Source of the DNA: Ruminococcaceae bacterium UBA6353
Lineage (GTDB): Bacteria > Bacillota > Clostridia > Oscillospirales > Acutalibacteraceae
DNA: 64,000 bases
Assembly (NCBI GenBank): GCA_002437905.1
Contig: DJRT01000014.1
Location: 55,917 to 119,916, forward strand
Direction of reading: 5' to 3'
Part shown: piece by piece, positions 1 through 8,707 of the stretch
Position numbering within the stretch: the stretch's first letter is position 1
Layout: each line of letters starts with the position of its first letter
Notes under the pieces: model-generated
Seen by the model: only the letters and a program-made list of their open reading frames with translations
Told to the model about the DNA's origin: nothing
Databases searched by the model: none
Position numbers and translations under genes: made by a program

Positions 1-143
1 AGAACCGCCGGTTGCGGCGCTTGGCGCCGCCGGGGGCGTTTTTGGCTTTTTGTACCGTCCCTTACGCATTTGCCGGCAGAGGCTTGCGCTTTTTCGCGCC
101 GGTGTGCTATGCTACGAAAAAATGCATCCGGAGGCTTGAAAGT

Positions 144-1652
144 ATGGAGAAAAATCGCGTGGTGAACCTGGTCAATTTTGTGCGCGGCTGTGAGCCGCGC
201 CCGGAGGCGGCCGGGCTGGACCTGTATCTGCCGGTGGTCAACCAGCTGGCGGTGGATAAGCAATATGGTCTGCCGCACACCTTCCTGCTGCAGTATGATG
301 CGATGCTGCGGGAGGATTTCCGCACCCTGTTCCAGGAGGAAAATGCCCGGCCGGACTGCGAGGTGGGGGTATGGCTGGAGCTCTGCCGGCCGCTGACGGA
401 AAAAGTGGGTATTCCGTGGCGCGGGCGGCCGGGGTACGATTGGGACTGGTATGTCGACCCCGGCTTTCTGATGGCCTATACACCGGCGCAGCGGGAACAG
501 CTGATTGATGAGATCTTCGGCAAATTCCGGGAGCTGTTCGGCAGCTATCCCCCTGTGGCCGGCTGCTGGCTGCTGGATGCCCATTCTATGCAGTATATGC
601 AGCAGCGCTATGGCGTCAAGGGCTTCTGCTGCTGCCGGGAGCAGTACGCGGTGGATGCATATACCCTCTGGGGCGGGTATTACAGCGGCGGCTACTACCC
701 CGCCAGGCGCAATGGGCTGTGCCCTGCGCAGACACCGGCGGAGCAGATTGATGCCCCGGTTTTCCGGATGCTGGGCATTGATCCGCTGTATGGATACGAT
801 GAGAAAAAATATCCTCATCCTCCGGTGGGATGCTGCACGCTGGAGCCGGTGTGGACCTTCGAGGAGCCGGTGGTGGATTGGTACCTGCGGGAGTGTTTTG
901 ATAACCCCTGTGTTGGCTTTGCGCAGCTGACCACCGGGCAGGAAAACAGCTTCGGCTGGCCGATGATGGCACAGGGATATCGCCTGCAGGCCGAGCGGCT
1001 GGCAGAGGCGGTGCAGGCGGGAAGGCTGCTGGTGGAGCACCTGGGCCGGACGGCCGAGCGCTTTCGGCAGGCGTTTGCCACAACCCCGGCTTCGGCGCTG
1101 ATGGCACGCACAGACTGGGCAGGCAACGGAAACCAATCCTACTGGTACAGCAGCCGGAACTACCGGGCCAATGTGTTTCTGGAGGGGGAGCAGCTGTTTT
1201 TCCGCGATATTTTCCTGTTTGACGATCGCTATGAGGAACGCTATCTGACCGAGCCGTGTCATGAGTGGAGCGCCACCTATGACAACCTCCCGCTGGTGGA
1301 TAACCGCCTTTGGTCGGCGGACGGACAGGAATGCCGTCTGCGTTTTTGCCGGCCGGTTGCAGCAGTTGAGCCGCAGGCGCAGGGGGAGGCGCTGTGTCTG
1401 CAGCTGCGCTTTGCCGATGGGAGGAGCGGCAGCCTGCGGCTGACGCCGGAACAGATCCTGCTGCAGGACTGCGGTGAGCTGCAGTTTACCGTCGGCACCC
1501 CGCAGGCGGAGATCGCCGCCGGAGAGGAGGGTCTCTCCTACCGGTATCGCGGGCAGGCGTACCGGCTGCTGCTGCCGCAGGCGGTCATCCGGGGGGAGGC
1601 GGCCGGCTGGCATCTGTCGCAGGTAACCGCGCTGCTCCCCACCCGTGGGTGA
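144..1652 (+). CDS. Hypothetical soluble protein, possibly carbohydrate-active (family not recognised)
   Basis: Long ORF 12..1652. The ATG at 144 (MEKNRVVNLVNFVRGCEPR...) is the first plausible start. GC3-rich coding texture matches neighbouring genes. The protein is Trp/Tyr/Gly-rich and has no signal peptide. I cannot name a diagnostic motif. Confidence 0.6.
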   Translation: MEKNRVVNLVNFVRGCEPRPEAAGLDLYLPVVNQLAVDKQYGLPHTFLLQYDAMLREDFRTLFQEENARPDCEVGVWLELCRPLTEKVGIPWRGRPGYDWDWYVDPGFLMAYTPAQREQLIDEIFGKFRELFGSYPPVAGCWLLDAHSMQYMQQRYGVKGFCCCREQYAVDAYTLWGGYYSGGYYPARRNGLCPAQTPAEQIDAPVFRMLGIDPLYGYDEKKYPHPPVGCCTLEPVWTFEEPVVDWYLRECFDNPCVGFAQLTTGQENSFGWPMMAQGYRLQAERLAEAVQAGRLLVEHLGRTAERFRQAFATTPASALMARTDWAGNGNQSYWYSSRNYRANVFLEGEQLFFRDIFLFDDRYEERYLTEPCHEWSATYDNLPLVDNRLWSADGQECRLRFCRPVAAVEPQAQGEALCLQLRFADGRSGSLRLTPEQILLQDCGELQFTVGTPQAEIAAGEEGLSYRYRGQAYRLLLPQAVIRGEAAGWHLSQVTALLPTRG

Positions 1653-1809
1653 GTTTCCGGGACAGAAGCGGGCCCGTCGCTGCACAGTATGCAGCGGCGG
1701 GTCTTTGGTTTGGCACGGTTTGTCCCGTTTTGTGGAAACTGTTGTAAAAGCGTCGGGCGTGCCGGAACAAATTTTTTGCGCTTTTTGCGCATTTCTCCCC
1801 GGCCGGGAC

Positions 1810-1838
1810 TTGCAAACGCGGCGCAATGCGGGTATAAT
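1810..1838 (+). promoter_or_regulatory. Sigma-70-type promoter for the NifU-like/GGGtGRT operon
   Basis: TTGCAA (1810-1815), 17-nt spacer, TATAAT (1833-1838), about 60 nt upstream of the ATG at 1898. Confidence 0.6.
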
Positions 1839-1897
1839 AACAAAGTACGGAAATGCGCCGCTTGGCGCGTACAGTAAAAACCGAAAGGAGTACCAAC

Positions 1898-2599
1898 ATG
1901 AACTATTCCCGTGAAGTTGAAAACATGTGTCCTATTGCTAAGGGCCCGCATCACGGTCCGGCTCCGATCCCCGAGGAAGGCAAGTGGGTGATGGCCAAGG
2001 AGATCACGGACATCTCCGCCTATACGCACGGCGTCGGCTGGTGTGCCCCGCAGCAGGGCGCCTGCAAGCTCTCCCTGAATGTCAAGAACGGCATCATTGA
2101 GGAGGCGCTGGTGGAGACCGTCGGCTGCTCCGGCATGACCCACTCGGCCGCCATGGCCGCCGAGATCCTGCCCGGCAAGACCATCCTGGAGGCGCTGAAC
2201 ACCGACCTGGTGTGTGACGCTATCAACACCGCCATGCGTGAGCTGTTCCTGCAGATCGTTTACGGCCGCAGCCAGTCCGCCTTCTCCGATGACGGTCTGG
2301 TCATCGGCGCCGGCATGGAGGATCTCGGCAAGGGCTTCCGTTCCATGGTGGGTACCATGTATGGCACCAAGGCCAAGGGCGTGCGCTACCTGGAGATGAC
2401 CGAGGGCTACTGCACCCGCATGGCACTGGATGAGAATGACGAAGTCATCGGCTACGAGTTTGTGTCCCTCGGCAAGATGACCGACCTGATCAAGGGCGGC
2501 ATGGAGCCGAATGAGGCCTATAAGAAGTCGATGGGTCACTATGGCCGCTTCACGGCGGAAGACGGTGCGGTCAAGTATATTGACCCCCGTAAGGAATAA
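1898..2599 (+). CDS. NifU-N-like iron-sulfur scaffold-type protein (usual partner of GGGtGRT proteins)
   Basis: ATG at 1898 preceded by AAAGGAG (1884-1890). Conserved Cys positions (GWCAPQQGACKLSL, VGCSGMTHSAAMAAE) resemble IscU/NifU N-domain scaffolds. An 18-nt gap separates it from the next gene. Confidence 0.75.
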   Translation: MNYSREVENMCPIAKGPHHGPAPIPEEGKWVMAKEITDISAYTHGVGWCAPQQGACKLSLNVKNGIIEEALVETVGCSGMTHSAAMAAEILPGKTILEALNTDLVCDAINTAMRELFLQIVYGRSQSAFSDDGLVIGAGMEDLGKGFRSMVGTMYGTKAKGVRYLEMTEGYCTRMALDENDEVIGYEFVSLGKMTDLIKGGMEPNEAYKKSMGHYGRFTAEDGAVKYIDPRKE

Positions 2600-2616
2600 G
2601 AAGGAGGCACAGAATA

Positions 2617-3627
2617 ATGGCACAGTTTGAAGGCTACGAGAGACGCGAATCCAAGATCCTGGGCGTCCTGAAGGAATACGGGATTGCCTCCATTGACGAG
2701 TGCAAGGCCATCTGTGAGCAGCACGGCATCGACCCCTACACCATCGTGCAGGAGACCCAGCCGATCTGCTTTGAGAATGCCAAGTGGGCATACACCGTCG
2801 GTTCCGCCATCGCGCTGAAGGCGGCGGAGAAGACCGGCGACAAATCGGCAGCGACCGCGGCGGCCAATATCGGTGTCGGTCTGCAGTCCTTCTGCATCAC
2901 CGGCTCTGTGGCAGAGAACCGCAAGGTCGGTCTTGGCCACGGCAACCTGGGCAAGATGCTGCTGTCCGAGGAGACCGAGTGCTTCTGCTTCCTGGCCGGC
3001 CATGAGTCCTTTGCTGCGGCGGAGGGCGCTATCAAGATCGCGCTGAACGCCAACAAGGTGCGTGTGAAGCCCCTGCGCGTGATCCTCAACGGTCTCGGCA
3101 AGGACGCGGCCTATATCATCAGCCGCATCAACGGCTTCACCTATGTGGAGACCTCGTTTGATCCCTATACCGAGGAGGTTACGGTTGTGGAGACCAAGGC
3201 CTTCTCCAACGGCCCCCGTGCGGCGGTCAAGTGCTATGGCGCGGACAATGTGCCGGAGGGCGTGGCCATCATGCGGCTGGAGAATGTGGGTGTTTCCATC
3301 ACCGGTAACTCCACCAACCCCACCCGCTTCCAGCATCCGGTCGCCGGCACCTACAAGAAGTGGTGCGGCGAGAACGGCAAAAAGTATTTCTCCGTGGCCT
3401 CCGGCGGCGGCACCGGCCGTACACTGCACCCGGATAATATGGGCGCCGGTCCTTCCTCTTACGGCATGACCGATACCATGGGCCGTATGCACTCCGATGC
3501 CCAGTTTGCCGGTTCCTCCTCCGTGCCCGCGCATGTGGAGATGATGGGTCTGATCGGCATGGGCAACAACCCCATGGTCGGTGCGACCGTTGCCTGCGCG
3601 GTGGCGGTGGCCGAGGCGCTGAAGTAA
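2617..3627 (+). CDS. GGGtGRT family protein (function unknown)
   Basis: Contains the eponymous SGGGTGRTLHPDNMGAG motif and a Gly/Met-rich C-terminus. RBS GAAGGAGG lies upstream, and a terminator follows immediately. Confidence 0.85.
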   Translation: MAQFEGYERRESKILGVLKEYGIASIDECKAICEQHGIDPYTIVQETQPICFENAKWAYTVGSAIALKAAEKTGDKSAATAAANIGVGLQSFCITGSVAENRKVGLGHGNLGKMLLSEETECFCFLAGHESFAAAEGAIKIALNANKVRVKPLRVILNGLGKDAAYIISRINGFTYVETSFDPYTEEVTVVETKAFSNGPRAAVKCYGADNVPEGVAIMRLENVGVSITGNSTNPTRFQHPVAGTYKKWCGENGKKYFSVASGGGTGRTLHPDNMGAGPSSYGMTDTMGRMHSDAQFAGSSSVPAHVEMMGLIGMGNNPMVGATVACAVAVAEALK

Positions 3628-3651
3628 GCGCGACCATTTCCAAAGCAGCCA

Positions 3652-3689
3652 AAGAGGCTGTCCCGAAAAGGGACAGCCTCTTTTTCTTT
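3652..3689 (+). terminator. Rho-independent terminator of the GGGtGRT operon
   Basis: 13-bp stem AAGAGGCTGTCCC / GGGACAGCCTCTT with GAAAA loop, followed by TTTTTCTTT. Confidence 0.8.
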
Positions 3690-3727
3690 CGGTGTACCGG
3701 AGCTGCCGCACCGCCAGGGAATGAAAG

Positions 3728-3770
3728 AATCCCCCCGGCGTCCGTCCGCAGGACAGACACCGGGGGGATT
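3728..3770 (-). terminator. Terminator for the minus-strand membrane-protein gene
   Basis: AATCCCCCCGG ... CCGGGGGGATT inverted repeat directly after the stop at 3774. On the minus strand it is followed by a T-rich tract. Confidence 0.55.
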
Positions 3771-3773
3771 TTC

Positions 3774-5600
3774 CTACTGATGGGTCTCCGCAGCGGCAGA
3801 GCGCTCATAATCGGTGATGCCGGCGCCGGCATTCGGGTGATGGGAGGAATACGCCTGATCACCGACAAAAACGGCCAGCAGCACGGCGCACAGGGGGATA
3901 GCCACCGCCGGTTTCAGCCGCCGCAGGCGGTTATCCAGCACCGGCGCCAGCAGGTAGACGATCGCCATGCCGCCCACGCCGAATACAAACAGTCCCTCGG
4001 CACAGATGCGGCCGTTCAGATTGAGAAAATATCCGCTGTAATCCCACCAGCGCATCCCATTGAAGGCCTTTTCGAGGAAAAACGAGGTAAAGTATTCCAC
4101 TATGCCGCACAGCAGAACGGTGGCGCCGAATTCCAGCGCCGGCCGCCGCCGCAGCCGGTAGAGGAAAAGGAGGATCAGCACGCCGCCAAACCCGTAGATC
4201 GGCAGCCACGGGCCGTGCATGGTGCCGCGGTTGACAAATCGGCCATCATTGAGCAGGTGCAGACCGACCTCCCAGGCCCAGCCGATGAATGAAAAAATGA
4301 AAAACAGCAGGATCAGCGAGGTAACGGAGTAGCGCCGCAGGTAGTGCAGCCGGATCAGCCGGCTGTTTTTGCGGTGGATGGGGCTGGGGGAGAGCCGGTC
4401 GGGATAGCTGCGCCCCTCCACGGCGTCCTCTGCGGCGGCGATCAGCAGCTCACGCTCCTTGCAGACACGGAATTTTTCCTCGTCTGCGCGGTTGCGCAGG
4501 GTGACGCCGAAATTCTGCTCGATAAAGGCCAGCACGCGGCCGGTCTGCGGCTGGGGCAGCGGAGCTTCCTCCTTCAGCCGGATGATGTCGCGGTATTCCT
4601 GCTGCAGCAGGGGCGGATCCGCCTTTTCGAACAGATAGCGGTCACACAGCTGCCCGCTGCCCTCCAGCCCGTTTTCCAGCGCGCGCTGCCGCAGCCCGGC
4701 ATAGTATTCGGTGAAGAACGCGGTTCTGTAAGCATTGGTATACAGGGTATCCGTCAGGCCGAGGGTGACGATCCCCAGCAGCCACCAGCCGAGGTAGGTC
4801 AGCTCCAGCACAAAGCACTCCCACTTATGGCCGTTCATCATACGGCGGGAGAGGGTGATGCATTCCCGCCAGCCGATCTCCGGGTTTTCGGCGGTGATGT
4901 ACGGCACAAGGAAGTAGGAATAGTGCTTGATTATGCCGCCGACGATGGTCAGCGACCATAAAAAGCGGAATATATACAGCATCAGCATATTGCGGCAGAC
5001 ATTCAGCCACCTGCGCGCCCGCAGGAAGAACAGGAACCGCTGCGGCGTGACCTTTTCATAGGTGCGGCATTCCAGAAACATCCGGCGGGAGACGGCTGCG
5101 TACATGTTTTTGATCAGGAACCAATAGGCCAAGATGAGCAGCAGCAGCAGAAACACCACGATCCCCACCACCACATTTTTGGACAGGCCGAGGCGGCAGA
5201 GCGCGTTGGTCACCTGCAGGAGAAACAGTCCGCCGGTGAGGCCGTTGACCACCTTGGCCAGCACGCCGCGCCGCCGCCCAAGCACGGCGTGTTCCGGCGC
5301 CTCGCCTGCCGGTGTTTCACTGCTGCCGGCGGTTTCGTCGCTGTCCCCGGCCACGATGGAAAGCACCGCCGAAACACTGTTCCAGAAGCCGCTGTTTTCC
5401 AGCTCCACCGAGCCGATATAGTTTTTCACCTGTGTTTGTATCCCCTGCGGCGTGGGCAGGCTGGCAAAGGCCAGGCTGCCGGCAAACTCATTGCCGAGGA
5501 AGACCGCGACCAGGCATACGGCTAACAGCAGCACATAGTGCCGCCGGACGACCTGCCGGGCGCGTTTTTTCATCGCTTTTCGGACGGTTTTTGTCTGCAT
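3774..5600 (-). CDS. Polytopic membrane protein, apparent fusion of a DUF975-like N-half and a PF06541-like (putative ABC-transporter type IV / CmpB-like) C-half
   Basis: 608-aa ORF with RBS GGGAGAA before the ATG at 5600. Multiple hydrophobic helices in both halves are separated by a soluble linker of about 110 aa. The C-half motif SFIGWAWEVGLHLLNDGRFVNRGTMHGPWLPIYGFG is typical of the PF06541 family (from memory). Confidence 0.7.
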   Translation of the reverse strand: MQTKTVRKAMKKRARQVVRRHYVLLLAVCLVAVFLGNEFAGSLAFASLPTPQGIQTQVKNYIGSVELENSGFWNSVSAVLSIVAGDSDETAGSSETPAGEAPEHAVLGRRRGVLAKVVNGLTGGLFLLQVTNALCRLGLSKNVVVGIVVFLLLLLILAYWFLIKNMYAAVSRRMFLECRTYEKVTPQRFLFFLRARRWLNVCRNMLMLYIFRFLWSLTIVGGIIKHYSYFLVPYITAENPEIGWRECITLSRRMMNGHKWECFVLELTYLGWWLLGIVTLGLTDTLYTNAYRTAFFTEYYAGLRQRALENGLEGSGQLCDRYLFEKADPPLLQQEYRDIIRLKEEAPLPQPQTGRVLAFIEQNFGVTLRNRADEEKFRVCKERELLIAAAEDAVEGRSYPDRLSPSPIHRKNSRLIRLHYLRRYSVTSLILLFFIFSFIGWAWEVGLHLLNDGRFVNRGTMHGPWLPIYGFGGVLILLFLYRLRRRPALEFGATVLLCGIVEYFTSFFLEKAFNGMRWWDYSGYFLNLNGRICAEGLFVFGVGGMAIVYLLAPVLDNRLRRLKPAVAIPLCAVLLAVFVGDQAYSSHHPNAGAGITDYERSAAAETHQ

Positions 5601-5684
5601 GTTGTTTCTCCCTATGTGTTTTCCGGCGGTTTGTGCCGACTTTATGTCGATTTTATGCCGGCTTCGTGCCGAATTGCGCCGGTT

Positions 5685-6875
5685 TTACCCGGCAAAGCGC
5701 AGGGTGATCGGGCAGATCTCCGCTTTGGTGCCCACCCGCATATTCGGCCCGAACAGGCCGACGCCGGAGGTAACGATGACCTGCATCGCGTCTTTCCGGG
5801 AGTATCCGTAGGCGTTTTCCCAGAACAGCTGGATGGTCAGGTTGCCGGGGAACAGCTGCCCGTCGTGGGTGTGGCCGCACAGATCCACATCCACCCCGGC
5901 GTCCGCCAGCTCAGCCAGCTCGGACGGCTCATGATCCAGCACCAGAATCGGCTTGTCCGTGCCCAGCTGCTCTGTGATCTGCTGCGGGGTGCGGCGGGTC
6001 GCGATCCCACGGCCGGGCTTTTTGGCGTCCGGGCGGCCGTACAGCCACACCTGCCCATTGATGAGCACAGCCTCGTCCTGCAGCAGCTGTATGCCGGCCT
6101 CGGTCAGAAAAGCGTCCATCTCCGGGCTGCTGGCTTTCTCCCGGCCGCCGCCGAAGGTGAAGCCGGCCAGGATGGGTTCCTCGATATCGTGGTTGCCGTA
6201 GCAGGCGTACACCCCGTAGGTGGAACGGATGCCCCGCAGCGTGGCGGCCAGCTGCTCCGGCTGGTCGACGGCCTCCCATTCATTATCGAAAATATCGCCG
6301 GCGATGACCACCAGATCCGGCTGCTGGGCGTTCACCTTTTCCACCATCTGCTGCATCTGCCGCAGACCGATATTGTAGCCAAGGTGCAGATCGGCCAGCA
6401 GCACCACCTGCATTTCCTGCATATCTCCGGCGCGCTTATCCACCGTGACGGTGTAGGGGGTTACCTGGATATTGCCTGCGTTGACCACCCCCAGCACGGT
6501 CACGGCCAGGATGGCAGCGGCGCACAGGCCGCCCACCGTGCGGTGCACCCACGGCCGGCACACCCGTTCGCGCAGGTGCAGCAGATGCACAAAAAGCAGC
6601 CGCAGCAGATCGGCCAGGGCAACGGCCAGCAGCATATACAGCAGCACCCCCAGCCAGTAGTTGCCGATCAGCTTCATCCAGCGGCGCAGCTGGCCGGCCG
6701 GCAGGAAAAACGCCACCAGAAAGGATAGGGCAAAAAAGGCGTAAATGATGACCGGGATCAGCCAGCGCCGCTTCTTTTCGAAGGACGGGAACCACACCCG
6801 TATCCAGCCAAAAATCCGCCAAAACAAGTATAAATTGACCAAAATATACAGAGGGGATAAAATGATTGCCAGCAT
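5685..6875 (-). CDS. Membrane-anchored metallophosphoesterase (YkuE/YaeI-like)
   Basis: Calcineurin-like motifs DLHLG, AGDIFD, GNHD and GHTHDG. The N-terminus has TM helices. The ATG at 6875 is preceded by AGGAGAA, and the longer ORF start at 6947 lacks an RBS. Confidence 0.85.
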   Translation of the reverse strand: MLAIILSPLYILVNLYLFWRIFGWIRVWFPSFEKKRRWLIPVIIYAFFALSFLVAFFLPAGQLRRWMKLIGNYWLGVLLYMLLAVALADLLRLLFVHLLHLRERVCRPWVHRTVGGLCAAAILAVTVLGVVNAGNIQVTPYTVTVDKRAGDMQEMQVVLLADLHLGYNIGLRQMQQMVEKVNAQQPDLVVIAGDIFDNEWEAVDQPEQLAATLRGIRSTYGVYACYGNHDIEEPILAGFTFGGGREKASSPEMDAFLTEAGIQLLQDEAVLINGQVWLYGRPDAKKPGRGIATRRTPQQITEQLGTDKPILVLDHEPSELAELADAGVDVDLCGHTHDGQLFPGNLTIQLFWENAYGYSRKDAMQVIVTSGVGLFGPNMRVGTKAEICPITLRFAG

Positions 6876-6960
6876 GAAGCATTTTCTCCTGTAAAACCAC
6901 GGATAGCGTACGCCGGTATTGTAGCACAGATCGGCCGAAAAAGCCACCCCCTATGCGCAG

Positions 6961-6996
6961 AAAAAAGCAGCCGTCCGCCATATGGCGGACGGCTGC
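6961..6996 (-). terminator. Rho-independent terminator of the GH78-like gene
   Basis: GCAGCCGTCCGCC ATAT GGCGGACGGCTGC hairpin, followed on the minus strand by TTTTTT. It lies 9 nt after the stop at 7005. Confidence 0.8.
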
Positions 6997-7004
6997 GGGC
7001 AGAA

Positions 7005-8450
7005 TTACGGCTGCGCGTATCGGCGGATGAAATAGGCCGGTGTGCTGCTCCAAGCGTGGCAGGCACTGTTCAGCTTGCGGTCCCACACAGCGGAGAAGTC
7101 GGGATCGCCCGGCACATAGACTTCGCGGAAGGTATCGGCATCCGCCATGCCGCCCCAGATTTTCCGGACATAGGCCAGAGCACCGGCGGTGTCGCCGGTC
7201 TTGGCGATCGCCTCGGCAATGTAGTGGTGCATATAGGGGGTAAAGGGCTGCAGCGCCCCCGCGGTATGGCTGACCGTTTCCAGCACCCGGCGCGCCTGCT
7301 CCCCGGCCGCCACACCGCCGAGGATCATCCACACCTGTGAATGAACGCTGATCTGCCGGCCGTCCCGCTCACACAGGAACAGCCCCTTTTCGGGATCAAA
7401 GCAGGTATCCTGCAGCGTGCGGCGGCGTGTGGCCAGCTCAGTGTTCAGCGCGGCGGCGCGCGGCGGGTCGAAATGCGCCAGCACAGCCGCATATTTTTCC
7501 AGCGCATACAGGTAGATGCCGGCCAGTGACAGCCACTTCTGCAGCCCTTCGCACCAATCCACAAAGCAGCTGGGGCAGCCCTCGCCGTCGATCAGCTCTG
7601 CTGTGCCCGCCAGCTGATTATCGCAGACGGGCAGCAGCTTTTCCACTGTTTCAGTGTCGCCGGTGTGGGTGAAGTATTCGCACACGGTGACCACATAAAA
7701 GAGGGCATAGTCCACATGGTTGCTGTCCCCGTCCAGCACATACTCAAACACATCGGAGGGCACCAGTCCCTGCGCGCTGGTGCGGCAGGCGGCGAACAGG
7801 AACAGGCACTTTTTGACCAGCTCACGGTTATCAAAGGTGTAATAGTTGGTCAGTGCCTGCAGCCGCAGATCGCCGCTCCACAGCCGCCGGTCGCGCTTGG
7901 GGCCGTCCTCGAATACCCCCTGCATACAGTTTTTCAGCGTATTCACGGCGATGCTGTCCAGCTGCCGCAGCTGTGCATCCGCTGTGTGCAGCGGCCGGAG
8001 GGCGGCGGTATCCGCCGAGGAGACCGCCCGGAAGCAGCAGTCGCGCAGCAGCAGCTTCTGCGGGGTGGCCTCCACGGTGATGCGGATGTAGCGGCACGCA
8101 TACCGCCGCGGCAAAGCAAACTGGCCGGGGCGGTCGACATGGATGACCTCCTCCTGCAGCCATGAGCGGCAGATCCATGCCGCGCTGACGGAGAAGTCCT
8201 GTTCCAGCTCCCACGCCGTTTCGCAGAATTTGATCCGCAGGCGCACCGGAGCATCCAGGTAGCGGTCGGCATGCCACAGGTGGAAGGACAGATGCCCGAC
8301 ATAGTAATTGCCAAGATCCAGTGTGATGCTGTCGCCGTTGTCCAGCGGTGCCTCCGGGCAGGCCGGGTGCAGCAGCTGCTCATGCAGCGGCACATGGCAG
8401 GCTGCGGCCAGGTCGGCGAAGGTCTGCCGGTCATAGTGTTTTTGTTCCAT
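7005..8450 (-). CDS. (alpha/alpha)6 six-hairpin glycoside hydrolase-like protein, GH78 (rhamnosidase)-related, paralogue 1
   Basis: 481 aa with RBS GAGGTGA before the ATG. FEDGPKRDRRLWSGDLRLQAL resembles the DxPxRDERxGWxGD segment of GH78 catalytic domains. It is clearly paralogous to 19321..20823. Confidence 0.6.
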   Translation of the reverse strand: MEQKHYDRQTFADLAAACHVPLHEQLLHPACPEAPLDNGDSITLDLGNYYVGHLSFHLWHADRYLDAPVRLRIKFCETAWELEQDFSVSAAWICRSWLQEEVIHVDRPGQFALPRRYACRYIRITVEATPQKLLLRDCCFRAVSSADTAALRPLHTADAQLRQLDSIAVNTLKNCMQGVFEDGPKRDRRLWSGDLRLQALTNYYTFDNRELVKKCLFLFAACRTSAQGLVPSDVFEYVLDGDSNHVDYALFYVVTVCEYFTHTGDTETVEKLLPVCDNQLAGTAELIDGEGCPSCFVDWCEGLQKWLSLAGIYLYALEKYAAVLAHFDPPRAAALNTELATRRRTLQDTCFDPEKGLFLCERDGRQISVHSQVWMILGGVAAGEQARRVLETVSHTAGALQPFTPYMHHYIAEAIAKTGDTAGALAYVRKIWGGMADADTFREVYVPGDPDFSAVWDRKLNSACHAWSSTPAYFIRRYAQP

Positions 8451-8707
8451 ACGGTCACCTCATCTTTTGCTGCGGCGGCGCCCGGCCGCGCAGCCGATAT
8501 CCAGTAGGAGAATACTACATCCGGTGGCGGAAAGTCAAGTCTTTTGCCCGCGGCAGCCGAAAGAGGACAAAAACGGTATGCCCTGGGCAAAAATGCGAAA
8601 ATGGACATTTTTACAGAAAATAAGACAATCGACCATAGACGGCGGCCGACAGATAGCAGTATAATGCTGTGGAATGACTATAAAAAGCAAAGGATGCGTG
8701 AACAGAA

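Noticed and set aside
1538-3711. Long minus-strand ORFs (1538..2791, 2539..3711) antisense to the NifU-like and GGGtGRT genes
   Set aside because: They lack RBSs and have Arg/Gly/His/Ala-rich compositions typical of reverse-frame translation of GC3-rich genes. The plus-strand genes carry recognisable motifs, a promoter and a terminator.
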